From Promethearchaeota archaeon (GTDB lineage Archaea > Asgardarchaeota > Lokiarchaeia > Sigyniarchaeales > SOKP01), in contig JAGXNO010000012.1 of the NCBI GenBank assembly GCA_019894975.1, positions 11,081-75,080 of the forward strand: DNA of 64,000 nucleotides. Reading direction: 5' to 3'. Position numbers and translations under genes: made by a program. This document shows, one piece after another, positions 8,664 through 17,384 of the stretch; position 1 is the stretch's first letter, and every line of letters begins with the position of its first letter. Below the pieces are notes generated by a model. That model was not told the DNA's origin. It did no database searches and saw nothing but the letters and a program-made list of their open reading frames with translations.

Positions 8664-10586
8664 ATGATGAATTCTGCTTATTTGACAATGGATAAATTCA
8701 TTACATACTTGAAAAAGGAAGGTATAATTCAAGATCTTTTAGAATTTTATGATATAAACCAAAGCAAACACATTCTAGACACATATTTTGATAAACTCAT
8801 TGAAATCCTCGATAAAAAAGGAAATATTTATGCTTCTAAAAACAGTGTAAACCAATTTAAATTAAAATTTAATTCATTGGGTAAGTTTTATGAAAATAAT
8901 TTACATGAAACGGAAAGAAAGTCATTAGGGGAATTTTATACTCCTAAATCTATAGTGGATTATATTTTAGACGCTGTCGATTATAAAGATGGTGAAGATA
9001 TTCAGAATAAAAAACTTGTCGACATAAGTTGTGGATCTGGAAGTTTTATCATTTTAGCTATTAGAGTTTTAATCAATAATTGTGTTAAGAGCTTTAATAA
9101 GAAAGATATTTCTGAAATTTCACCTAAAGAGGCTAGATACATCATTTTGAAGGTAAATGAAAACATATCTGGCATAGATATAAATCCGATTGCGTGTATT
9201 TTATGTCAGATTAATATTCATCTTGAACTATTTGATTTATTAAAAGTCATTAAAGATAAGGATAAGAATTATCATTTACCACAGTTTAGTATAAAAAATT
9301 CTAACACTTTTACAATTCTTAAATCGGAGATTTATGATTTCATAGTAGGTAATCCACCATATTTATTTATTAGAGACATTCCAGATGAGCAGAAGTTGGT
9401 TATTGAAAAGGGTGATTTTGATACAAATAATGGTCAATATGATTATTATCAAATCTTTATTGAGCTTGGTATTAGACTCTTAAAAAATAAAGGAAAACTT
9501 GGGTATATAGTTCCAGATTCACTATTAGTCCTATCCAACCGCTCCATATTAAGGAAATATATATACAATACCACAAAAATTAGAGAAATATATGAAACTG
9601 GTCCAAAATTTGAGGATCCTATTGTATCAAATATTATTCTCGTTTTAGAAAAAGAATCTGATATGCAAGAAAGAGAGAAAAACTCTATTAAAGTTAAAAT
9701 TTCAGACCAAATAAAGAGAGATATTTTACAAAAGGATTTACAGAAATGGGATTACAAATTTTTAATTCACCTAAGTAAGGAGGATTTATTTATTCTTAAC
9801 CATCTAAAAAAATTCTTTCCTACATTAAAAGATTTAATGATGAAAAAAGATTTTAATATTCTATTAAGTAGAGGGATAGAGTTAACGAAAAAAGGAGAGA
9901 TTATTTTTTGTGAGAATTGTAGGAAATATTTCCCTGTCCCAAAAAGAACACTTGATTGCCCAGAATGTAAAAAACATCTAAAAGAAAGAAATATTGAACT
10001 GATTATTTCTGATTTTGTACCGGAAGAAGAAGAAGGTAAATTTGAATTATTTATAAATTCAATAAATCGCTATAAAGTCAAAAATTATAAATATGTTAAG
10101 GTTGATAAACCAGGGATTAATTATAAAGATTTTAATATTTATAGTGACCGGATTATAATTAGACAGCTAAGCCAAAATAGTTTAATCTGTGCAACTTATG
10201 AGAAAAAATTCTCTTTAACATCCCAATCTTTTTATAATTTAAGAGTTTACAGTTCAGCTATAAAAGAATTTAACAATTTATATCTCTTGGGCATTATCAA
10301 TTCCAAACTCTTATCTTATTATTTTATAAAACTATTTGGTTCTTATAAGAGACTCTTTCCCCGAATATTAATTGAAAAAATTAAAGATTTTCCTATTAGT
10401 ATTCCCGGTAACCTAAATGAAAAAAAATTAGCATCTCAAATAATTAAAAAAGTTGAGATTTTATTAAATTTAAATGAAGGGGAAGAGGAGAAATCTAAGA
10501 AGATCCAAAGAGAAATTGATGAGATTATATTTAAACTTTATAGAATACCTGATTTATATAAGGAAAAGATATTAGAATTTGTATAA
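8664..10586 (+). CDS. N6-adenine DNA methyltransferase (gamma class, Eco57I/TaqI-like) with TRD and zinc-ribbon insert
   Basis: GEFYTP, DISCGSGSF, GIDINP, IVGNPPY, LLGIINSKL; CENC...CPEC insertion. Confidence 0.88.
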   Translation: MMNSAYLTMDKFITYLKKEGIIQDLLEFYDINQSKHILDTYFDKLIEILDKKGNIYASKNSVNQFKLKFNSLGKFYENNLHETERKSLGEFYTPKSIVDYILDAVDYKDGEDIQNKKLVDISCGSGSFIILAIRVLINNCVKSFNKKDISEISPKEARYIILKVNENISGIDINPIACILCQINIHLELFDLLKVIKDKDKNYHLPQFSIKNSNTFTILKSEIYDFIVGNPPYLFIRDIPDEQKLVIEKGDFDTNNGQYDYYQIFIELGIRLLKNKGKLGYIVPDSLLVLSNRSILRKYIYNTTKIREIYETGPKFEDPIVSNIILVLEKESDMQEREKNSIKVKISDQIKRDILQKDLQKWDYKFLIHLSKEDLFILNHLKKFFPTLKDLMMKKDFNILLSRGIELTKKGEIIFCENCRKYFPVPKRTLDCPECKKHLKERNIELIISDFVPEEEEGKFELFINSINRYKVKNYKYVKVDKPGINYKDFNIYSDRIIIRQLSQNSLICATYEKKFSLTSQSFYNLRVYSSAIKEFNNLYLLGIINSKLLSYYFIKLFGSYKRLFPRILIEKIKDFPISIPGNLNEKKLASQIIKKVEILLNLNEGEEEKSKKIQREIDEIIFKLYRIPDLYKEKILEFV

Positions 10587-10591
10587 AATTA

Positions 10592-11968
10592 TTAATTAAA
10601 TTGCGGTAACCATTTTGCTTCTTTTTCAAACAATTCATCAACCATATCTCGAATTTCCTGGGGAGAACAAACACTTGCGGTGTTAGGGTCTAACATGACA
10701 GCGTGAAAAATCTTTTCCCTATCCAAATCAAGCGCGCCTTCAACGGTTGCCTTTTGAACCATTACATTTGAAATACAAAGTGCTTGACAAATTGTAGGTA
10801 ATTCTATACCTCCTTGAGGATGTAATCCCTGTGTATCTGCAAATACGGGAACTTCTACACAACACCCGTCCGGTAGATTTGTTATTAAACTTTGTTCTTT
10901 GTTAATTACATTACCATTAAATCCAAATGGTTTATCAGTTTCAATTGCATTTAGGATATGCGAAGCGAATTCAGTTGAAGGCTTTTTTTTCAGATTAAGA
11001 ATAGGTTCCTTTATTCTTTTTTCAAAATTTCTTTCCGCCCATCCTTCTGTATTAACACACATATCATAATAAGCACCATGTTCCAAATGTGCATATAATC
11101 CTTTAGTTGCTTTGTATTTTTCTAAAAGATCTTTTCGTTTTCGATAATAGGGTATATATTCACTAAGATGTCCTGAGGATTCAGTCATATAATAGCCACA
11201 TACATTAAACATATCTCTACGTACTTTATCAGTTTCTGAGTATTTAGGGTTATCCTTCATTTCTCTTTTAAGCTCAGGATTAGCATCCTGCCAAGGAGAA
11301 TTTTTATCTTTTCTATACCATACTTTAAGAAACCATGCCATATGATTAATACCAGCGCAAAAATAATCGAAGTTCTCTTCTCGTACCTTAAGAACTTTCC
11401 TTAAAATTCCGGCTGTGCTTTGAACCCCATGACATAACCCTACAGTTGAATCTGGTAATAACTTATTGCAGTACCAAGTATTCATTGCCATAGGATTGGA
11501 GTAATTTAACAGAAGAGGTTTATCACTATTATTTTTAGTATTGTACCCAAATTCTTGAATATCTTCTATGATTGATTTAATTGCCGGAACAGTTCTAAGA
11601 AATCTGAAAATTCCACCCGGACCTAACGTATCCCCCACACATTGAGAAACACCATATTTTAATGGGATTTCAAAATCATATTTCATAACATCCAACCAAC
11701 CAACCTGAATGGCATTAATTATATACTTAGCATTTGCAATTGCTTCCTTTTGCTTGGTCGTTTTCTCAACTTCGACATTATTCAAGATATGAGAATTATC
11801 TTCGATATTTTTTTTTATATATCTATAGGTCGTATCTAGACGTCCCGGATCGATATCTTCTAAGCATATAAGAGTGTCATTTTGAAAGGAAGGGAAAGTT
11901 AAAATGTCTGTAAGCAGATTGTCTGCAAAAATCATAGATCCTGCTCCAATAAAAGTAATCTTCTTCAT
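10592..11968 (-). CDS. melA: GH4 NAD+-dependent alpha-galactosidase/alpha-glucosidase
   Basis: KITFIGAGS, GDTLGPGGIFR, NYSNPM, GLCHGVQ, GINHMAW, TESSGHLSEY. Confidence 0.9.
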   Translation of the reverse strand: MKKITFIGAGSMIFADNLLTDILTFPSFQNDTLICLEDIDPGRLDTTYRYIKKNIEDNSHILNNVEVEKTTKQKEAIANAKYIINAIQVGWLDVMKYDFEIPLKYGVSQCVGDTLGPGGIFRFLRTVPAIKSIIEDIQEFGYNTKNNSDKPLLLNYSNPMAMNTWYCNKLLPDSTVGLCHGVQSTAGILRKVLKVREENFDYFCAGINHMAWFLKVWYRKDKNSPWQDANPELKREMKDNPKYSETDKVRRDMFNVCGYYMTESSGHLSEYIPYYRKRKDLLEKYKATKGLYAHLEHGAYYDMCVNTEGWAERNFEKRIKEPILNLKKKPSTEFASHILNAIETDKPFGFNGNVINKEQSLITNLPDGCCVEVPVFADTQGLHPQGGIELPTICQALCISNVMVQKATVEGALDLDREKIFHAVMLDPNTASVCSPQEIRDMVDELFEKEAKWLPQFN

Positions 11969-12063
11969 TTTACATCCGATTCCGAAATTTTTTAATTTAA
12001 TATATATGAAAATTCCTAAAAATTATAATATTTGGTTTAATATTATTTATAGGTGAAATATGT

Positions 12064-12636
12064 ATGAATAGAATTGCTCATGTTTCAAGAAAAACGAGTG
12101 AAACTGAAATTACAGTTGAATTGAATTTAGACGGGGAGGGCAAAGGCAAAATCAATACCGGTTTTAAATTTATGGATCATATGTTAAGGTTACTTTCAAA
12201 ACACTCAACTACAGACATAATGATAGATGCTACTGGAGATCTTACTCATCATATAATTGAAGATATTGGCATCTCATTAGGAGAATGCTTCCACAAGGCT
12301 TTAGGTGATAAAAAGGGAATAAATAGATATGGTTCTGCTTTAATTCCAATGGATGAAGCTCTTGCAAGGTGTGTTTTAGATTTTAGTGGTCGCACAGCTT
12401 TAATTTTAGATTTAGATTTGAAAGATTGTGATATGGAAGATGTAGCTGTTGAGGATATAAAACATTTCTTTAATTCATTTGCGGAAAATGCAAAAATGAA
12501 TCTTCACATCCATATCCTTTACGGTGATGACCAACATCATAAAGTAGAAGCTGTGTTTAAAGCTCTAGCACTAGCTATTAAGAAAGCAAAGAAAATAACC
12601 TCAAATGAAATTCGCTCAACTAAAGGAATATTGTGA
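12064..12636 (+). CDS. hisB: Imidazoleglycerol-phosphate dehydratase
   Basis: RKTSET, FMDHML, HHIIED, PMDEAL, HHKVEAVFKA, STKGIL. Confidence 0.97.
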   Translation: MNRIAHVSRKTSETEITVELNLDGEGKGKINTGFKFMDHMLRLLSKHSTTDIMIDATGDLTHHIIEDIGISLGECFHKALGDKKGINRYGSALIPMDEALARCVLDFSGRTALILDLDLKDCDMEDVAVEDIKHFFNSFAENAKMNLHIHILYGDDQHHKVEAVFKALALAIKKAKKITSNEIRSTKGIL

Positions 12637-13079
12637 TTGAGTACCTTCCTATTATGAATAAACCTCAAATTCTATAAAAAATTACAGATTTGATATTTTA
12701 AACGTATCTGTGCATTTCATTTACTTTTTAATTATCTTCTCTTTTTAGAACGATATGTCTTTAAAATTATGTCCCATTTTTCAGCCAGCTCAGGAAGATC
12801 TGTTCGTTTAAAAAGTTTTACTGCGCGATCTAAGATTTTGGTTATACTTTCTTCACATATAGCAATATCATCTTGTATGGAGGAATCACTTATCATAATT
12901 AAAGAAGTATTAGAATTCAATTAAAAAATAATATGGTATGCTGATGTCCACTGAAGTATGCTTATAATAATATCCTAATACCTTCATTAATACCTATATT
13001 TATATTACCTAAGAATATATTCTTAGTATATTTCCGAAGGAAAGTAAATTCTTTAAAGTTATAGTTCAAGGGGATATCA

Positions 13080-14063
13080 ATGGAAAATCTTCCCAATACA
13101 TATCGTCTTAAGCAGGTACTGAAAAATTATTTTGAAGAGGTTGATGGTATTTTAGGTGTAGCGATATGTGATAGAGACGGCTTTATTATTGCTTCGGAAT
13201 TCAAGGAAGGTGATGATGAAGAATCTGACTCCGTTATTGGAGCAATGTCAGCAATTCTTGATACTTATATTGATAGAATTAAAAGTGAATTTGGAACGAA
13301 GGGAAGTTTCTTCAATATAACTATGATGGGGGATAAAAAATTTGCTTATTGTTCACAAGGCCCATTATCTATTTTAACAACAGTTGCAGATCAATCTACA
13401 AGTGATATAGAGTTAAAAGTATATTCTGAGCATATAGCAGGAAAAGTTGAATTGATTTTAGATGGTAACAAGGATGTTTCCCCTAAGATCCCCGAAATTA
13501 TTAGAGCGTTGGCAAAAACAAGGGCAGGATCCCTTCAAAACATGGCAGGAGAGTATTCTCATAAACTTATTTTAACAGGTGATTTTCAAGTAGGGAAGTC
13601 TTCCCTTATTAGAAGGTTTGTAAAGAATACGTTTGAAAAAGATTATATTTCGACTATTGGAGTGCAATTATCGAAGAAAATAGTTGATTTAACAGACAAA
13701 ATAAAGATGAACTTTATCTTATGGGATATAGGTGGTCAAATTAGACAAATGGCACCTTATCGCACTAAATTCTATAATGGTGCTAATGCTGCTTTTATCG
13801 TTATCGACAGAACTAGAGAGGACACTATGAGTAGTGTAAAAAAGTGGTATGAGGATATTAAGAATTCAATCCCAAAGAATATTCCTATTGTTTTGGTTGG
13901 AAATAAATCAGATTTAGTAGCTGAGATTAAAATTAGTGAGGAGGATATTAAGAAAGTAGCTCAAGATTTTGGTTTTCATTATATCCTTACTAGTGCTAAA
14001 TCAGGAGAAAATGTTAATGATGCATTTTTATATATTGCTTATCGAGTTATAGAAACACTATAA
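13080..14063 (+). CDS. Roadblock/LC7 domain fused to a Rab-like small GTPase
   Basis: N-terminal roadblock (VDGILGVAICDRDGFIIAS...GAMSA); G1 GDFQVGKSS, G2 YISTIG, G3 WDIGGQ, G4 NKSD, G5 TSAK. Confidence 0.9.
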   Translation: MENLPNTYRLKQVLKNYFEEVDGILGVAICDRDGFIIASEFKEGDDEESDSVIGAMSAILDTYIDRIKSEFGTKGSFFNITMMGDKKFAYCSQGPLSILTTVADQSTSDIELKVYSEHIAGKVELILDGNKDVSPKIPEIIRALAKTRAGSLQNMAGEYSHKLILTGDFQVGKSSLIRRFVKNTFEKDYISTIGVQLSKKIVDLTDKIKMNFILWDIGGQIRQMAPYRTKFYNGANAAFIVIDRTREDTMSSVKKWYEDIKNSIPKNIPIVLVGNKSDLVAEIKISEEDIKKVAQDFGFHYILTSAKSGENVNDAFLYIAYRVIETL

Positions 14064-14162
14064 CTCTAATGATCCAAACTTTTTTATGAATTCTCTTTCT
14101 TTTAAATAATTGAAGTATAAATTGAAATAAAATATGAAATTAACAAAAGGAGGTTAAAAAAA

Positions 14163-15083
14163 ATAGTTCTAAAGGTAGATTGGCACGATGTGCTCACCAC
14201 TTGAAACGCTGCTGGATATGTTATGGGATTTTCAATAAAAGAACTTACCTATAAAGGAAGATATCTTGTGTATCTCAGTGAAAAAGAATTAACAGGCCCT
14301 TGGTTCAGCTTTACTTTAGAAGGGAAAAAAATAGGTTCTATTCCAGTCATTCTAAGAAATATCGAACCTACTCCAATATATAAAATGATTAATACACGAA
14401 AAGGAACTGCTATAAGTAGAATTACCTTGGATTTCAGTATCACAGAATATCTTAAGAAATTAACTGAAGAAAATAAATTGAAATCGATTCCGATTAAAAA
14501 GGAAGAATACGTTCGTTTATATAAAGATATCTTTAATCCTCCCAAAGTACCCTATATTAGTACGTTCTTTACTTTGAAAAACATTTCAGATTATGCTATG
14601 AAAAATTTCTCAATGTACTTCGTCTTAGATTTTGATATAAATGGACTTGACGGATTTGATAATGATTTATCAGGTTATGATGCGGAAAATGATGTGATTT
14701 ATCAATATGATGACACAGGATTGTATGGTGGATTTTCCCCTATTTCTAAATCAACAAATTACGAATCATGTCTAACACATGATTTTAAAATTGATAATCA
14801 AAATTTAAACCTTTCAAATAGTTTATTTGAAGGTTCAGGAGAAATCTTATCTGCTTTACAAATTGAATTCAAGACGCTTGAACCTAACCAATCTTTTCAG
14901 ACTGCAATGGTTATTTCTGGGGGATTTAGCAAAGAAGAATTAATTGAAAATATTAAAGAAGGAAAAAACAACGCTATGAAACACTTACATCAAGTAAACA
15001 GATCAATCAAGTCAGAACAACGTAATCTTCAGGAGGAAGCTTTTATAAAAATCAATCTTCAGCAAGCGGTTGATTGTAAATAA
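14163..15083 (+). CDS. Candidate selenoprotein of unknown function (Sec14 at UGA 14202-14204), beta-sandwich-like, penultimate Cys; ORF-track call 14223-15083 is the downstream part
   Basis: Frame upstream of ATG 14223 reads ATA-VLKVDWHDVLTT-TGA-NAAGYV-M; AGGAGG SD at 14148-14153, 9 nt before ATA 14163; SECIS-like element right after the stop. Confidence 0.7.
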
Positions 15084-15087
15084 TAAA

Positions 15088-15162
15088 AATCCACAATAAT
15101 GAATCACTTAAAAAAATCCTATTGGATAGTTATTTGATGAAAACCCTGCTCGGGTGTGGATT
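15088..15162 (+). ncRNA. Eukaryote-like (Loki-type) SECIS element, form 2, in the 3' UTR
   Basis: Helix I AATCCACA (15088-95)/TGTGGATT (15155-62); core ATGA (15099-102) opposite GA (15139-40); 9-position helix II ATCACTTAA/TTATTTGAT (7 WC pairs); unpaired AAAA (15112-15); apical minihelix ATCC-TATT-GGAT. Confidence 0.72.
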
Positions 15163-15191
15163 GAAAAAATAAAGAAAAAAAAATTTGATTT

Positions 15192-15908
15192 TTAAATCTT
15201 TTTGTGCGACTTTAGATCAAAATAGGCATCCTCTAGAACATCCAGATACTCAATCAACGCTTTATTCGCAATAGATCTTTGTTCATAAGCTAATTTAATA
15301 ACGTTCAAGAGATATTTAGGAAATATAAGATCCATGTAAAAGTCAGAAATAAGAGCATAGTATTCAATATTGTTCTCATCTCTAAAAACTTTAACCAAAC
15401 GATTATCCCACAATAATTTCAACGCTCCATATGCGTCCTTAACTCCTTAGGCTCTTAGTTTATCAAGATCTTGTCGTGTTACAATTGCAGTTCTTAATAA
15501 TCGCAATGTCTCATAAACTTCAGGATTTATTAAAATATCAACAACACTTAGGTTATCTTCCGTTGTGGGTTGATAATTTTGAAAAAATTTCTGAACTTCG
15601 GCAATATATTCCTTTGCAAATTGAGTTGGTAAACCAGAGTTTATAGGATCTGCGAATAATTTTGCAGGAGGAACTCTAAGCATATATATATCTTTTGTCA
15701 AGACAATCAATTCTGATGGTAGTCCTTTTACCGAGACCTGTTTTATCATATCTCTTTTCAATAGTTCCATGAGAGTAGCTTCTATATCTACAAATCCCTC
15801 AATATATCTATCTCTTAGCCATATTGTCAATTCTGATTTAGTCATAACACCTCTATCCCTTAAGTTATCTATTATCATTTGTTTAATCTCATCTTGATAA
15901 ATGAGAGC
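15192..15908 (-). pseudogene. 5'-truncated, nonsense-interrupted paralog of the longin-wHTH protein at 56620-57747
   Basis: ORFs 15447-15878 and 15192-15422 are in one frame separated by a single TAA (..KLRA*GVKD..); aligns with the C-terminal half of the 56620 protein (LPT..A..Y..EV..FF..Y.P..ED.L; NP..Y; FP.Y); N-terminal domain absent. Confidence 0.8.
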
Positions 15909-16182
15909 TTTTATTGTGATAGATAGAACTCGACAGGATAATTTAAAAAGTGTAGATCTATGGCATAATGAAATAAAAAAATATGTAGGGAAGGAAATAA
16001 GTATTATTTTAGTAGGGAATAAATCTGATGTGATTGAAAATATTGAAATTAGTGAAGTAAGTATAAAAATGATTGCTGAAGAGAAAGGATTTCATTATAT
16101 CCTTACTAGTGCGAAGACGGGAGAAAATGTTCATGATTTATTTCTCTATATCGCATATAAGTTTTTGGAAGGAGTTTCGTAG
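15907..16182 (+). pseudogene. C-terminal fragment of a Rab-like small GTPase
   Basis: AFIVIDRTR...LVGNKSD...FHYILTSAKTGENV..LFLYIAY closely matches the 13080 GTPase; G1-G3 missing. Confidence 0.82.
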
Positions 16183-16194
16183 CAAAAAAGAATT

Positions 16195-17268
16195 TTATTC
16201 CTCAGCATAGTCAAATTTGAATTTTTTATAAGTAACCATAAATTTAGTTTGATTTTCTCTATGATTATTTATTGAATATAATAGGATATCTATTTCCTGT
16301 TTTGTAATAACAGGAAATTTATAGTGAACAGAATTATACTTTATATCTTTAATTTTCTTACTGTAGTTCTTAATAAATTTAACATGTTGATTTAATCTTT
16401 TATTATTGGTATCGGTATTCAATTGCTTGAGTTCTTTTATTCTTTTTTTAAATAAATTAATAAATTCTGAATTGAATTCATACCCAATTGAATTTCTTGT
16501 AGAAATCATAGCAGCCAATGAGGTTGTTCCTGTTCCCCAGAATGGATCTAAAACAATATCTCCATAAATTGAAAACATATTGATCAAACGATAAGCTAAT
16601 TCTAAAGGGAATGCAGCAGACCGTTCCCTTATTTTATTAGGTGTAGTAGATTTGTTATGTAGCTTCTGAGATATACCTCCCATGTCTTCCCATACATCTG
16701 AAAACCATTTATTCCTCTCTTCCCAAAAAAAAGCACTGTTATATCTTTTTTCAGATTTGGGTACTATAACTCGTTTAATATCTCCTTTCCTGAAGATCAA
16801 AATATATTCATGTTCAAGAGTAGCATAGGCATTTGGGGGTAACATCCCAGAACCTAAGAATTTATTTGGACTATTTGTTGGTTTTCTCCATAATATAGAA
16901 GGTAATTCAATAAATCCGTGATTAAGGAACGAATTAGTTATTTTAACGTGATTAGGAAATAATTGAAAGTTTTTCCCAATAGTTCTTGTCGCGTCCCCTA
17001 TATTTACACAAGCTATACCACCAGGTTTTAGTACCCGTGTCACTTCTATCCATACTTTATCTAATTCGTCATGCATCAAATTGAATGCTCTTTTACCATC
17101 CAATTCTTCTAAGGATTCTTTAATTTCACTATTTAAAGAAGAAAATAACGAATCCCACATCTCAATCATGGGATAGGGAGGTGATGTAATCAGCAAATCA
17201 ACCGATTCAGGCTTTAACTCACACATATCAGATGAATTTTTGAAATATACATTGTGAATTGTTTCCAT
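16195..17268 (-). CDS. Site-specific DNA methyltransferase, beta class (N4-C/N6-A)
   Basis: ITSPPY before VLDPFWGTGTT; AAFPLELAYRLI; GYEFN. Confidence 0.9.
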   Translation of the reverse strand: METIHNVYFKNSSDMCELKPESVDLLITSPPYPMIEMWDSLFSSLNSEIKESLEELDGKRAFNLMHDELDKVWIEVTRVLKPGGIACVNIGDATRTIGKNFQLFPNHVKITNSFLNHGFIELPSILWRKPTNSPNKFLGSGMLPPNAYATLEHEYILIFRKGDIKRVIVPKSEKRYNSAFFWEERNKWFSDVWEDMGGISQKLHNKSTTPNKIRERSAAFPLELAYRLINMFSIYGDIVLDPFWGTGTTSLAAMISTRNSIGYEFNSEFINLFKKRIKELKQLNTDTNNKRLNQHVKFIKNYSKKIKDIKYNSVHYKFPVITKQEIDILLYSINNHRENQTKFMVTYKKFKFDYAEE

Positions 17269-17384
17269 AATCAGTTTCCTAGTTTCAATGTTGGGTATAT
17301 GAATTTTTTAAATCAAAATTCAAATACTTTACATCAATATGTTATTAAAAATTTATATAAATATTGATCAAAGACTAGATAATA

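Noticed and set aside
12732-12920. 62-aa minus-strand ORF, possibly a gene remnant
   Set aside because: No recognisable motif and a weak TTG start; cannot be supported
15139-15155. GAAAA-CCC-loop-GGG as a Methanococcus-type archaeal SECIS
   Set aside because: Lacks the opposing A and contiguous lower stem; fits better as a side hairpin of the eukaryote-like SECIS
15447-15449. In-frame stop as a recoding site
   Set aside because: It is TAA, not TGA/TAG, in a gene that is already 5'-truncated; simple nonsense mutation
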